In this document: positions 40,131-50,801 of the stretch, piece by piece
How the letters are laid out: each line of letters begins with the position of its first letter
Numbering within the stretch: position 1 is the stretch's first letter
Origin: Candidatus Bathyarchaeota archaeon
GTDB taxonomy: Archaea > Thermoproteota > Bathyarchaeia > Bathyarchaeales > Bathycorpusculaceae
Reading direction: 5' to 3'
Length of the DNA stretch: 64,000 nt
Assembly (NCBI GenBank): GCA_963782525.1
Contig: CAWAKC010000009.1
Coordinates: 64,001 to 128,000 of the forward strand
Notes under the pieces: model-generated
Databases searched by the model: none
What the model was told of the DNA's origin: nothing
Seen by the model: only the letters and a program-made list of their open reading frames with translations
Translations under genes and position numbers: made by a program

Positions 40131-40790
40131 CTACATGATAAACGAGATTGTGCGTGCTGCGTCTGCAGCGTCCTCGGCTTTGTCTGCACTATTTTCAAGA
40201 AGCTGCAAGACATCTCTTAGAAGCAGCAACACTGGGACCTCTAGTTTACTTGTTAAGACTTTTATGGTTAAAGCGCGGTATATGTCGTCTACAATGCGTT
40301 CGGCTATTTCTACGTCTTTGGCGCGTTCAAGGGTTTTTTGTGGTCCATAGTTTAGGACCATCATTGTTTCGCGGAGTTTAAGCACTGAGTCAAGAACAGC
40401 TAGGGAAAGTTTTAGAAGGTCTTTTTTGACTTCAGGAGGAATAATCCAGTTGTGCTCCATGATTTCAACCAAATAATTGGCGATGCCCTCTGAGAAGTCA
40501 GCAATTTCGCTGGATAAGTTGGTGAACCTTAGGAAGTCTTCGCGGGCGATTAAGATTGCGCCGATTTCAGCAAGTTCCTGCGAAACCATACGTCTTGCTT
40601 TGATGACTTCTTCTTCGCCTGAGCGGATTTCGCTGAAGAGTTTGCGGGCGTTTTCTTTATCTCCGCTAGCAAAGTACTCGACCAGCTGCGGGATTTTTCT
40701 CGAAACATCAACAACCTTACGTAAGTTATCTTGACAAGCATTCAACGCTCGACGCTTCACGCGCTCTTCTGTTTCTGCTGGAAGTACCAA
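40131..40790 (-). CDS. DUF47/PhoU-like protein
   Basis: All-helical; REDFLRF, ADKAEDAAD. Confidence 0.8.
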   Translation of the reverse strand: MVLPAETEERVKRRALNACQDNLRKVVDVSRKIPQLVEYFASGDKENARKLFSEIRSGEEEVIKARRMVSQELAEIGAILIAREDFLRFTNLSSEIADFSEGIANYLVEIMEHNWIIPPEVKKDLLKLSLAVLDSVLKLRETMMVLNYGPQKTLERAKDVEIAERIVDDIYRALTIKVLTSKLEVPVLLLLRDVLQLLENSADKAEDAADAARTISFIM

Positions 40791-40864
40791 ACTTTTTTCC
40801 CCGCCTATAATAATCCCTAATGCAACATGTACCTATTTGTGTGTGCATTAAAAAAGATAACTAC

Positions 40865-42676
40865 TTAACCTTTGATAATGCTTCCTAATTGTTCAAAGTT
40901 TAGTTTTCCTTCGAAGTATTTGTGCAATTGCTCAGGTAAATCCTTGATTGTGATTCGAATTTGCTGCCAACTGTCACGGTCACGAATAGTGACTGTTCCA
41001 TCGTTTAGAGTGTCGTAGTCGATTGTTATGCCAAGCTGTATTCCTGCTTCGTCGGCTCTAGCGTACCTTCTGCCAATGGATCCTGTTTCATCATACTCGG
41101 TCATAAAGCCCTCACACGTCAACAGCTTTTGCACTTCTCGGGCTTTAACATCTAAGCCGTCTTTGCCCATCAATGGGTAGATGCCAACTTGGATTGGCGC
41201 AATGCTTCTTGGGAAACTGAGGACAACACGGTTAGCCTTAATGTTGTAAGCATACTCTAATGCCACGTAGAAGAGTCTGTCTGAGCCAAAGCTGGGTTCG
41301 ACAACATGGGGAACGAAACGTTTGCCGCGGACGATTGTTTTCTGTTTGCCAATGTCTACCTGTTCAGGAAAAACCTGGTAGTTCCCCGCCATGTAACTGC
41401 CCTCTTTTTTCATGGCATCCGCCACTTCCTGCGCTGGAATCTTAGCTAACGCCGCTGCAACTTTGCCTGCGTCTCCTTTGTAGACTGGCCCGAGCTTTGC
41501 CATAATCGGCTTTACGGTGAGCTCCTCTGTTTCAACGGGGGTTGCGTATTCCTTGTATACGGTCATGTCGACGCCGCTAGCTTTCATGTGACAGGACAAA
41601 TCAAAGTCGGTTCGGTAAGCATGCCCCGAAACCTCCACCCAGCCCCAACGATCCACGAGCACCTCTTGGTCGAAGCTTTGGCTGCTGTAGTGGGCTTTTT
41701 CCCATGTGAGTTTTTCGATGAAACGCTGTTTGCTTGCAGGTACACCTAGTTCAGTTAATAGCCGTTTTGCCATCGCCATGAAAAAAGCTTGCCATTCTGA
41801 GCGGATAATTTTTTGGTCGAGAGCCTGGCGAACAGTAAACTCTGTTACATCTTCACATTCTTTGAGCCTGGTTTCGCAGAGCAGAATTGGCAGAACCTCA
41901 TTTTCCACTTCTTTGATCATGTCGCAGGCTGGCTCTTCGGGGTCAAAGAAAAACTCCAAATCAGCAATCGTGAACTCTCGCAAGCGGATTAAGCCTTGAC
42001 GAGGCGAAATCTCATTTCGTAAGGCATGCCCTATCTGGATGCAGCCAAACGGCAATCTTTCTCGTGCAGCTGTGTAGAGCCTGTTGAATTCTACAAAGAT
42101 GTTCTGTGCAGCTTCAGGTCTGCCGTATCCCACGGCGCCCGAATAAGGTCCGATGGTCGTTTGGAACATTGTTAGGTAACGTTGAGGTGCACCGAATTTG
42201 CCGCCGCAGTCAGGGCAAACAATCCCATGTCGCTCAATCTCCTCAGCGACCTCTTCAAGCGTCATCTTCTCTGCCTCAGCAGAGCTTATTCCTTTTTCTT
42301 CGAGCAAATGGTCTGCCCGGAAACGGGTGTGACAGTTTTGGCACTCCACCATGGGCTCTTTAAAGTGGTCAACGTGGCCTGAGGCCTCAAACACTTTTCC
42401 CGGAGCAATAACCGAAGACTCCATCTCGTAAATCCCGATTTTTTTAACGAATAATTCCCTCAGCTTCGCCTCAACATTCTGTTTCAGCCGTGTACCTAGT
42501 GGACCGTAAGTGACAAAACCGCCGCTTCCACCATAAATCTCAAAGGAAGACCAGAAGAAACCTCTGCGTTTAGCTAACTCGTTAATTGCAACGAACTTGT
42601 CGCATGCTGGTTTGGAACATTTAACGTCGGTACTCAATTTTGAAGACCTGCTTAACTGGTTAGATGGTAATATCAA
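40865..42676 (-). CDS. glyS: Glycine--tRNA ligase (alpha2 type)
   Basis: RPEAAQNIF, RNEISPRQGLIRLREF, VEPSFG, GSIGRRYARADEAG. Confidence 0.97.
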   Translation of the reverse strand: MILPSNQLSRSSKLSTDVKCSKPACDKFVAINELAKRRGFFWSSFEIYGGSGGFVTYGPLGTRLKQNVEAKLRELFVKKIGIYEMESSVIAPGKVFEASGHVDHFKEPMVECQNCHTRFRADHLLEEKGISSAEAEKMTLEEVAEEIERHGIVCPDCGGKFGAPQRYLTMFQTTIGPYSGAVGYGRPEAAQNIFVEFNRLYTAARERLPFGCIQIGHALRNEISPRQGLIRLREFTIADLEFFFDPEEPACDMIKEVENEVLPILLCETRLKECEDVTEFTVRQALDQKIIRSEWQAFFMAMAKRLLTELGVPASKQRFIEKLTWEKAHYSSQSFDQEVLVDRWGWVEVSGHAYRTDFDLSCHMKASGVDMTVYKEYATPVETEELTVKPIMAKLGPVYKGDAGKVAAALAKIPAQEVADAMKKEGSYMAGNYQVFPEQVDIGKQKTIVRGKRFVPHVVEPSFGSDRLFYVALEYAYNIKANRVVLSFPRSIAPIQVGIYPLMGKDGLDVKAREVQKLLTCEGFMTEYDETGSIGRRYARADEAGIQLGITIDYDTLNDGTVTIRDRDSWQQIRITIKDLPEQLHKYFEGKLNFEQLGSIIKG

Positions 42677-42760
42677 TTAAAACGTTGCCATAATAGGACG
42701 ATTACTTTTACGATAAAAATGAATGCGCTAAACTATTAAGAGTGACAATTATTCTTAAGC

Positions 42761-43762
42761 TTGAAAAATATGCCGCAACCTACGCCTCAACAAGTTTGGA
42801 ATCTAACTGAAACCGAACTCCTAAATCACTTAGACACAAACGTCTATAAGCCCATAAGTAACACAATCCGTTTTTACGCTCCAAGCTTTACCTACTACAA
42901 AACCAAACACTACTGCTCCTCCACAACCGACTTTCCAACCATCTCCGTCACAGGCAACGCATGCGCTTTGAACTGCAAACATTGCGGCGGCAAAGTGCTT
43001 GAAACCATGCATCCAGCTCTGACGCCCCAAGAGCTGTTTGAGGTAGGTGCGAAATTGAAGAGGAACGGCGCTAAAGGCGTTTTGGTTAGCGGCGGATGTT
43101 TGCCCGACGGTTCGGTACCTCTGGACGATTTTGTTTCTGTGCTTGGGCGGTTTAAGTCTGAGTTGGGCTTAACGGTTTTTGTTCACACAGGCATAGTAAA
43201 ACGGGAAACTACTGTTGCGCTCAAGGAAGCTGGGATTGATGCTGCATTAATTGATGTTATCGGCTCTGCAGAAACTGTGGAGAAAATCTATAACCTCAAA
43301 GTCACTGTCCAAGACTACGCCGATTCCCTCAAAGCTCTACAAGAAGCAGAATTAACCGTTGTTCCCCATGTTATTGTTGGGTTAAACGAGGGTAAACTCG
43401 ACGGCGAGCTGAAGGCGCTCGAAATGATTCAGCAAATCAAGCCTTCAGCGCTTGTGATAATTGCTTTTATGCCCATTCATGGAACAGCCATGGCAGAAAC
43501 GCCGCCTCCCCGACCCGCAGACATCGCTAAAGTTGCAGCGCTGGCACGGCAAATGCTCCCACAAACCCCGCTGGTTCTGGGTTGCATGCGTCCCAAAGGC
43601 AAAAGCCGAGGAGAAACCGACGTTTTAGCTCTAAAAGCCGGGGTTGACGCCATCGCTTTTCCAAGTGAGGCAGCTGTTGAATACGCAAAAAATATGAGTT
43701 ATAGAACTGTTTTTTCTTCTTATTGCTGTGCCCAAATGTACGTTGACGCAATCAAACTTTAG
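42761..43762 (+). CDS. Radical SAM protein, biotin-synthase-like (possibly archaeal LipS1/LipS2 type)
   Basis: SVTGNACALNCKHC; LVSGGC; LGCMRP; terminal CC. Confidence 0.8.
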   Translation: MKNMPQPTPQQVWNLTETELLNHLDTNVYKPISNTIRFYAPSFTYYKTKHYCSSTTDFPTISVTGNACALNCKHCGGKVLETMHPALTPQELFEVGAKLKRNGAKGVLVSGGCLPDGSVPLDDFVSVLGRFKSELGLTVFVHTGIVKRETTVALKEAGIDAALIDVIGSAETVEKIYNLKVTVQDYADSLKALQEAELTVVPHVIVGLNEGKLDGELKALEMIQQIKPSALVIIAFMPIHGTAMAETPPPRPADIAKVAALARQMLPQTPLVLGCMRPKGKSRGETDVLALKAGVDAIAFPSEAAVEYAKNMSYRTVFSSYCCAQMYVDAIKL

Positions 43763-44405
43763 ACCGCAACATTCTTACTCCAAGCGCAATAGCCCACGCT
43801 GAAACGGCGAGCCCAGAGAGGAACTCGGGGATGGCAACGTTAGGAACATAGTTAAAACCGAAGAGCAAAAGCCACGGAAGCGCTGCCGCAATTCCAACCG
43901 CAACCGTGAAACCAGCCAATCCACGCATGTGACATAGCCAAAACGCAACGGTTAAGATGAAAAGGGCAATGGGCGCCAAAGTGAAGAATGCTACAGAAAC
44001 CATATAGTGGGTTGGCGAGAAATGTTCGTTAAATACGCTGATAGCGATCAGCGCCAGAGTTGCAGCCGCAAAGACGACTGAGCCGATTTTGCCCACCCAA
44101 CTTTTTCCAAAATAAGTATATAAGCCGAATATTGCAAAGTTGAAGGCTAAAATCCCGCTGGCGAGTAGGCCAAAGTTGAAAAGTGGAGCAGTGATGCCCA
44201 GTACGATGCCTAAATCGCTTAAGGCATTGCTTGTCCAGCTAAACGTGGGGTAAGATGCAATGGCTGTTAAGATACAGACGAAGGCCACTATGGGCGCCAC
44301 TATTCCTGAAGATGCGCCTATCCTTTGGTAAACAAGATTTCTCGGCTCAGACATAGTTAACTTATTGTCGCAACTTGCTTTAAGAATTTGCGTTGGCGGG
44401 AACAA
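43752..44405 (-). CDS. DUF998 membrane protein
   Basis: FSWTSNALSDLG; AIPE; multiple TMs. Confidence 0.8.
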   Translation of the reverse strand: MFPPTQILKASCDNKLTMSEPRNLVYQRIGASSGIVAPIVAFVCILTAIASYPTFSWTSNALSDLGIVLGITAPLFNFGLLASGILAFNFAIFGLYTYFGKSWVGKIGSVVFAAATLALIAISVFNEHFSPTHYMVSVAFFTLAPIALFILTVAFWLCHMRGLAGFTVAVGIAAALPWLLLFGFNYVPNVAIPEFLSGLAVSAWAIALGVRMLRSKV

Positions 44406-45511
44406 AACACCGAAGCCTCTGCAATGATTCTAATTTTTCCTTGTCACCGATTTTTGCTTCCTGAACCGACTGCCGCAGAATTTCGATGGATTCATCCATG
44501 GCTCCCCGATTTACTGGATAAGGTACACCGTCTTTGCCTCCATATGCAAAGCTGAATTTAACGGGGTCGTCCCAACTGGGCGCCTCACCATAAACCAATT
44601 CAGTGACAAGCGCTAACCCACGCACGGTTGCGGGTCCAACACCTTTCACACTGAGCAGTTCCTCATAATTTTGGGGTTGGAATTCGTAGACACGTGCAAG
44701 GGTGTCCCAATTGATGTTGCGTGGCATGTTGAGTGTAGTTTGGGTTTGCATCCAAGGGTCACTGGTTTTGGGAAGCCATTGCTGCAAAGAAGATTGATTG
44801 AGGGGCTTGGAGGAGGATTGAATTAGGTTCATGAGTTTGCGTGTAGGCTCCTTTGATAGGTCGACCGATGCTTTACGGGCTGCGTCGCTTTGTTTGGCAA
44901 CCATGTTTAGAGCGCGGTCCCGTTTGATGTTGCAAGCAATGGCATTGTGGGGGTCCTCCACAAAACACTTTGTGTTCTCACTTAGCCAGTGGTAGCGCCT
45001 TGCCGAGCGGTCCTCATCGCTCATGCCCTGCTGGATAACCGCCCATTTCTCATCTTTGGTTACCAGAAACGCGTGGTGGTAGAGTTGGTATCCTGCTTGG
45101 ATAGCGGTGTTGTCAACTTTGGCGGTCATGCGACTGGTGTAGGTGAGGTCATCGATGGTTTGTTTGGAAAAACTGAATTTTTCGCCAACCGCTACGATGT
45201 CGCTTGGGGTTTTGCGCGAGGTTTTGCCTTTTCCTCCACAGACTGCAACGCCATGTTCCTCGGGCGAGAGGGCTCCTTTTAAGATGCCGGTGACGACGGT
45301 GGTTACTCCGCTGCTATGCCAGTCATGCTAGTACACACCCGAATGCTTGAAACCAGTAGGGGTCCGAGAGTCGTGCGATGAATTTGGCGGTGCCTTGTTC
45401 CTCGATTATGATGCTAGCGATTTCCTTAGCCATCTTCCGCATGCGTCCAGTAAGCCAAGAAGGAGCTTTGCCGCGGTGTAAAGGCAGGTTTGCAACACCA
45501 GTCCGATACAT
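44380..45511 (-). pseudogene. DUF763 protein with frameshift at ~45326
   Basis: LPLHRGKAP..RLSDPYWFQAFGCVLA* continues in another frame as DWHSSGVTT, in frame with 44380-45129. Confidence 0.85.
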
Positions 45512-45755
45512 AACTATCGAGGTTTGATGGGTAACGTTGGGATATATGGATTATTGCAACTAAAACCGCAAAAAACTAACTGACAACTTCATGTTTTAGT
45601 CACACAAGCATTTTTTTCAACAGAATCTGTCAAAGCGGATGCCTATTTTATTTGGGCTAAATTGCGTTTCCAATTGCAAAGCAAACCAAAACAACTGCAA
45701 TTCGCAGGTAAATGAAAGCGCCTTCATCACAAGAAAACCCTTGCCAGAGGTTCCT

Positions 45756-46727
45756 TTAAGGTAACTTAATTGTTCCTGCAACGCGCAGTTTGGCACCTTC
45801 CAAGTACATCAATACAGCATCATCGTTGGGTCGATGTACGAGGGGTTTATCGAGCGTTATTCTTAATGAGGGTTTTTTGGGGTCGCTTGAGTCTGTTACA
45901 TCTTCGACTTTTGCGGTTATGAATTGGGTCCAGTGGCCTACATGCATAACCATGCCGGGTTTGATGGGTGTTTGCCAGTACTTAACGAGTGAAGCCTGAG
46001 TCTTAATTTCGGTTGACATTTTGATGGTAGAGTCATTTGTTAAGACAGCGCCACGGTCTAAGTCTTCCACTTCTATGTTTTTTAGCGCCAATCCAACGCG
46101 GTCCCCTTCGCCCGCAACGTCGAAGTCTTCATCGTGTTTTTGGATGGAGCGGACCTGCGCTGTTTTGCCTGCGGGAAGAACATTTAGTGTGGCGTGTTTC
46201 TGGACTGCGCCATAAACAACGATGCCGAGGACAACTACTCCTACGCCTTTAACGTTAAAAGCATGGTCCACTGGTACTGCACCTATTGGCTGTTGACCCG
46301 CTGGTACTTCAACGGGTTTCTGCTGGGAAGCATCTACGAGGAGTTTTTCCCTCAGAGCGTTTGGGTCGTCGGGTATGATTTCGAATTTTTCGAGGCTGGT
46401 GCCTTTGATGAGGGCTTCAATTTTCTCTTTGGGAACATAGTTCTTGAGGATTATGTAGCCGCTTTTGATGTCGCTGCATTGCAGCATAACAAGTTGCTCG
46501 CCGAATGTCGCGTTCATTTCGTTGACAACGATTATGGCTTTTTTTGAGAGCGCACAGGCATAGAAAAGGGGTGCTAAGCGTTCGGGGTAACGTGTGGGTT
46601 CGATGAAGGTTACGGTGTCTTCGCCTTTTTTGAGGTTGTAGAGGGTTATGTCTGTGGAGGTGCCTTTTTTGGCTAAGGTGCTGCCGTATTCTAAGCTGCC
46701 GAGGATAGCTACTGTAATATTTCCCAT
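45756..46727 (-). CDS. Archaeal SelB-like/EF-Tu-like protein with degenerate G-domain
   Basis: KKGTSTDITLY; VDHAFNVKGVG; RSIQKHD; GDRVGLALK. Confidence 0.8.
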   Translation of the reverse strand: MGNITVAILGSLEYGSTLAKKGTSTDITLYNLKKGEDTVTFIEPTRYPERLAPLFYACALSKKAIIVVNEMNATFGEQLVMLQCSDIKSGYIILKNYVPKEKIEALIKGTSLEKFEIIPDDPNALREKLLVDASQQKPVEVPAGQQPIGAVPVDHAFNVKGVGVVVLGIVVYGAVQKHATLNVLPAGKTAQVRSIQKHDEDFDVAGEGDRVGLALKNIEVEDLDRGAVLTNDSTIKMSTEIKTQASLVKYWQTPIKPGMVMHVGHWTQFITAKVEDVTDSSDPKKPSLRITLDKPLVHRPNDDAVLMYLEGAKLRVAGTIKLP

Positions 46728-47014
46728 ACTTCATGACCTTTATGCTGTCTGCATTGTTGGTTTATTCTGAAAGATAAGTGTTGTTGACACAGGCAGATAA
46801 TTTCACCCAAATTTGAGAAGAAAAATATGGATTATGACTTGATTATTGCATGTGCGAAAGGTTCTTAAGGCATTGGACAATCTTCTAAACGGCAAGAAAA
46901 CGGCAAAGCCAATTGCCATTTCAGGTAACGACTATCTTCCAAGCTTGGAGGAAGGTCAGACCAACCAAAAAGGTTAAAATACCCCGATGTAGAGGTTGGA
47001 AGAGGTGAAAAGGT

Positions 47015-47332
47015 ATGGAAAATATTTACGCAGCAATGCTCCTTCACAAGGCAGGTAAAGAAATCAACGAAGCTTCAGTGACAAAAGTTCTCGAAGCAGC
47101 AGGCGTCACAGTTGACGTAATACAAGTTAAAGCACTCGTTGCATCACTCAGCGAAGTAAACATTGATGAAGCAATCAAAGCCGCACCAGCAATGATGGCA
47201 GCTCCAGTGGCAGCTCCAGCAGGCGAATCTAAGCCAGCAGCAGCCGCACCAGAAGACAAGAAGAAGAAAGCTGAAGAAGAAAAAGCCAAAGAAGATGCAG
47301 CATTAGAAGGATTAGGCGCCCTATTCGGGTAA
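47015..47332 (+). CDS. rpl12: 50S ribosomal stalk protein P1 (aL12)
   Basis: [11 protein letters not shown]...EGLGALFG. Confidence 0.97.
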   Translation: MENIYAAMLLHKAGKEINEASVTKVLEAAGVTVDVIQVKALVASLSEVNIDEAIKAAPAMMAAPVAAPAGESKPAAAAPEDKKKKAEEEKAKEDAALEGLGALFG

Positions 47333-47424
47333 AATAAGCCTCTATCTTATTTCTAATTTATTTTTCCCAAAAATTATTTTATCTTTTATCGAGTTAATTG
47401 CTTAAAAAATTTTGCTAAAAGATT

Positions 47425-48588
47425 TTATTGGATAGGTAAACTTTGGTCTTTAGGTGGCTCAGTTGACTCGGCAACAATCGGCATCTTCGTCACTTTGTTT
47501 CTTTCCATAAACAACTTTAAAGCGACGATAGGTGCCCAACCGCTAATAATCATTACAGTTCCCGGGAACCCCTGGATGTTTCTGCCTACAATCGGGATAA
47601 GCCCATTTATTATGTCGGGCAGGAAGGCTTCCCATAAACCGAAAGCCACGGCCATCGCCACAGCTGCTACAAATGCAGTTTTCTTGCCGAATTTATTGTA
47701 GGTTTGGACTGCGAGGACACCTGCAAAGAAAAAGTCGCCCAACCCTAGTCCCCGGCTTAAAAGAGCGCCTTGAGCGGAATAAACGAAGGGAACGTTAGGC
47801 AAGTAAACCAGAACCGGAAGACCCAACCCCGTGAATTGTTTGGCTGCTCCAACCATAACTGGAGTTCCAATTACCAATATTATATCCATCACTGTCAGGA
47901 GAACTGCGAATAACCCAACGGTTTTCCAGTTAAACATAGATGAAAGATACAGAATTATCAAGATTGCGAACGTTAATCCGAAAACATCCATTAGAACTGG
48001 GTACCATACTTGGAAAGTGCCACCGTAAAGGAAGTTGAAGAACACGAAGAGCAAAACGAAAATTGCTGGCGGTTGAGCAGCCACATACCACCGTGAAGAT
48101 TTAGACGCAGCTTTTATCTGTTCAAACACTGCGGCGCCAAAGCAGAAGCCAGCTAAGATAAAGAACGCTATTGCCCTGTAGATTGTTATACTATCGCTGA
48201 GTGGCCCCAGAAGGCTCGCTAACGCGGCAATCAAGGCTGCAACGCCGAAGCCCAGCGAAAGCAGTTGTGCCCGCATCTTTGTCAGGTTTGAAAACACGTA
48301 GGAAAACGTGAAAAGCAGCATGGTGTAAGATGATAGGAAGATAACCATGAGAATGTTCTGGAAAACGGCGCCTGGATTAAGGAAGGACGTGTAAGCGATT
48401 ACTGAAACTATAATTGCCATAAAAACAATTAAGAGAATTATATCCCGAGTCTTGAACTCTTTTTCTTCCACAGTCGCCATCAATTTACCTTCCACACGCT
48501 TGTTTAGAAGCATAGCAACAGTTACAACGAGAAACAGTGCGATGGGCATGGCTAGGTCAAGAGAGGGCATAGACTGCACAATAAACAC
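47425..48588 (-). CDS. Presenilin/signal-peptide-peptidase-like GxGD intramembrane protease
   Basis: TVMDIILV (first Asp), GLGLGDFF, FPGT (PAL-like); about 9-10 TMs. Confidence 0.75.
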   Translation of the reverse strand: MFIVQSMPSLDLAMPIALFLVVTVAMLLNKRVEGKLMATVEEKEFKTRDIILLIVFMAIIVSVIAYTSFLNPGAVFQNILMVIFLSSYTMLLFTFSYVFSNLTKMRAQLLSLGFGVAALIAALASLLGPLSDSITIYRAIAFFILAGFCFGAAVFEQIKAASKSSRWYVAAQPPAIFVLLFVFFNFLYGGTFQVWYPVLMDVFGLTFAILIILYLSSMFNWKTVGLFAVLLTVMDIILVIGTPVMVGAAKQFTGLGLPVLVYLPNVPFVYSAQGALLSRGLGLGDFFFAGVLAVQTYNKFGKKTAFVAAVAMAVAFGLWEAFLPDIINGLIPIVGRNIQGFPGTVMIISGWAPIVALKLFMERNKVTKMPIVAESTEPPKDQSLPIQ

Positions 48589-48639
48589 AAGAAGCTTTTA
48601 TTTGTTTAGCCAAAACAACCAGAAATTGACAGATAAACC

Positions 48640-49494
48640 TCAATAACTGAAATGCATATTCAAAATTGCCAATGATGCAAACAATGCTTCCTCAGTTCTC
48701 ACGGTTACCGTTCCCTGATTTGGAACCATATTCACAATAAAGTCCACCAGGTCTGCGAGGTTTAAGCCTTTTTCCTGCACAATTTCATGCAGCCCCCGAG
48801 AAGGAGCACCGAAAGCCAATAAAATCCGTTGGCTACCCGCCCATTTCCCATTGAGTTTACCTGCAACATCCATAAAATTGTCGCCAATTTTAGCAGTTGC
48901 AACCCTTAAATCAAAGTTACCCTGAGAAGCCAATTGACCAAAAGAACGTTCTTCAACCCGAACCTTATAACCCCAATATTGTGGAACTTCTTCGCGGCTT
49001 ATCGCTTGAACTTCAATCTGCTTGCCGATGTTGACGACTTGCAGGGTTAAGCGATCGCCGACAGCGAACTCTTTTCGCCGTAAAAGCGCAGGCTGCTGAA
49101 CTCCTATGTCGACAACTAAGCCTTCTTTGTTCTCTGACCTGACAACGCCTTCGCGGTACTCGCCAACTTTGAGGTGCTTGGTTTTGCCGCTCAAGGGGTG
49201 ATGAGGTGTGCGAAGTGGCGGCAGAATCCCTGCATACTCTAAGTCGGGATCGAGCTTAAACAGGGTTTTCCGCAGGTATTGAGGCGTCTCCAAATAGTTA
49301 AGTAACAAAGCCATAAAATCCAGGTCCCTGCTCTGATCCATTTTAGGGTTATCAGGGTACAGTATGATTTCGTCAACGCGAAAAATTGCTGATGCCCGCC
49401 CAATCAACCCCATTTTCGCTGTTTTTTCTCGTAGGTGGGGTGTATCTGAGATTGTGGATGCTGGGATAGCTATTGAAAGTTTCTTTTTGTTCAT
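48640..49494 (-). CDS. SPOUT RNA methyltransferase (DUF171/C9orf114 type)
   Basis: YLETPQYLRK, LPPLRTPHH, PNQGTVTVRTEEA. Confidence 0.92.
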   Translation of the reverse strand: MNKKKLSIAIPASTISDTPHLREKTAKMGLIGRASAIFRVDEIILYPDNPKMDQSRDLDFMALLLNYLETPQYLRKTLFKLDPDLEYAGILPPLRTPHHPLSGKTKHLKVGEYREGVVRSENKEGLVVDIGVQQPALLRRKEFAVGDRLTLQVVNIGKQIEVQAISREEVPQYWGYKVRVEERSFGQLASQGNFDLRVATAKIGDNFMDVAGKLNGKWAGSQRILLAFGAPSRGLHEIVQEKGLNLADLVDFIVNMVPNQGTVTVRTEEALFASLAILNMHFSY

Positions 49495-49568
49495 TGCGCC
49501 ATTGCCTCGGCTTTTGTTGCTTGCGTTGTGCTTAAAAAGGTGGAACGAGATATAAAACTGCGTGTTAT

Positions 49569-50801
49569 TTGGAGGACAAAACGTTGCCTACAGCACTTTT
49601 AGATAATGTCGAAAGAATAAAAAACTGCGATAAGAGTGGTATGCTAGATTTTTCCGTTAATGCAGCCCATCATTACCGTGAAGCCGCTAAGAACGCGGAG
49701 AGAATCATTGTTGATTACCCCAAGCCCAGCAACATTGTAGTTGCAGGTTTAGGGGGTTCAGCTATCGGCGGCGACTTACTCAAAGATTGGGCAAAAACCC
49801 AATTGGCGGTGCCCATTGAGGTTAGCCGAGAATACAAACTCCCAGCGTATGCCAACAAGAAAACATTAGTGTTCATTACCAGCTATTCAGGCGACACCGA
49901 AGAGACCCTCAGCAGTTTTCTTGATGCCCTCAAACGCAAATGCATGATTTACTGCATAGGCAGCGGCGGCGCACTCTTGAAATACGCACAAAAACTCAAG
50001 GTGCCGTATCTTCAGGTTCCAAGCGGCATGCCTCCGCGTGCAGCGTTGCCCTACATGCTTTTGGCGCTTTTGGTTTACATGGAAAAAGCAGGCTTAGTTA
50101 AAGGTGTACAAGAAGAATTAAAAGAAGCTTTCAGCCTCATCGAAAAAATCAGTATAGATAACGGACCGGAAAAAGCGTCGGTCGACAACTTTGCCAAGGG
50201 CTTAGCTCAAAACATTGGCGAATCAACTCCAACTATCTACGGGTTTGACTTCTACCGCAGTGTAGCCCAACGGTTTAAGCAGCAGTTCAATGAGAACAGC
50301 AAGTCAGCCGCCAAATGGGAATATTTCCCTGAACTTGACCATAACGAGGTTGTTGGTTGGGAAGGCAGGGGCGAACAATGCAAATGGTATTCAATAATAT
50401 TAATCCGGGATGGGGATGAGCCAGTGGAAATTGAGAGCCGAATTGAAGTTACCAAACAAATCATGGAACGTAGGGGTTTGGTAATGGTTGATTTGGAAGT
50501 TCAAGGCAAAAGTCCGCTGGCGAAGATGCTATCAACCATTGTGGTCGGCGACTTTACAAGCGTCTACCTATCTGTTCTGCGCGGAGAAGACCCCACACCC
50601 GTAAAAACCATTACAACTCTAAAAAACACGCTGGTACAAAATGGAGTTAGAGATAAAATAATTGCTGAGCTAGAAAACTCTAGCTTAAGCAAAAAATTTT
50701 TTGAATTGGGCTTCGGCTTCTTCAAGCGACACCATTTGCGGTGGACGCTTAAAACCGTAAGCACAAACTGGTTCCACTGCGCCCTTAACTTTCTTGTCTA
50801 A
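49569..50801 (+). CDS. Bifunctional phosphoglucose/phosphomannose isomerase
   Basis: GLGGSAIGG, SYSGDTEET, NENSK, PELDHNE. Confidence 0.93.
   Translation: MEDKTLPTALLDNVERIKNCDKSGMLDFSVNAAHHYREAAKNAERIIVDYPKPSNIVVAGLGGSAIGGDLLKDWAKTQLAVPIEVSREYKLPAYANKKTLVFITSYSGDTEETLSSFLDALKRKCMIYCIGSGGALLKYAQKLKVPYLQVPSGMPPRAALPYMLLALLVYMEKAGLVKGVQEELKEAFSLIEKISIDNGPEKASVDNFAKGLAQNIGESTPTIYGFDFYRSVAQRFKQQFNENSKSAAKWEYFPELDHNEVVGWEGRGEQCKWYSIILIRDGDEPVEIESRIEVTKQIMERRGLVMVDLEVQGKSPLAKMLSTIVVGDFTSVYLSVLRGEDPTPVKTITTLKNTLVQNGVRDKIIAELENSSLSKKFFELGFGFFKRHHLRWTLKTVSTNWFHCALNFLV

Noticed and set aside
50685-50801. 117-bp convergent overlap of PGI/PMI and ino1
   Set aside because: Best explained by stop-codon loss adding a non-conserved tail
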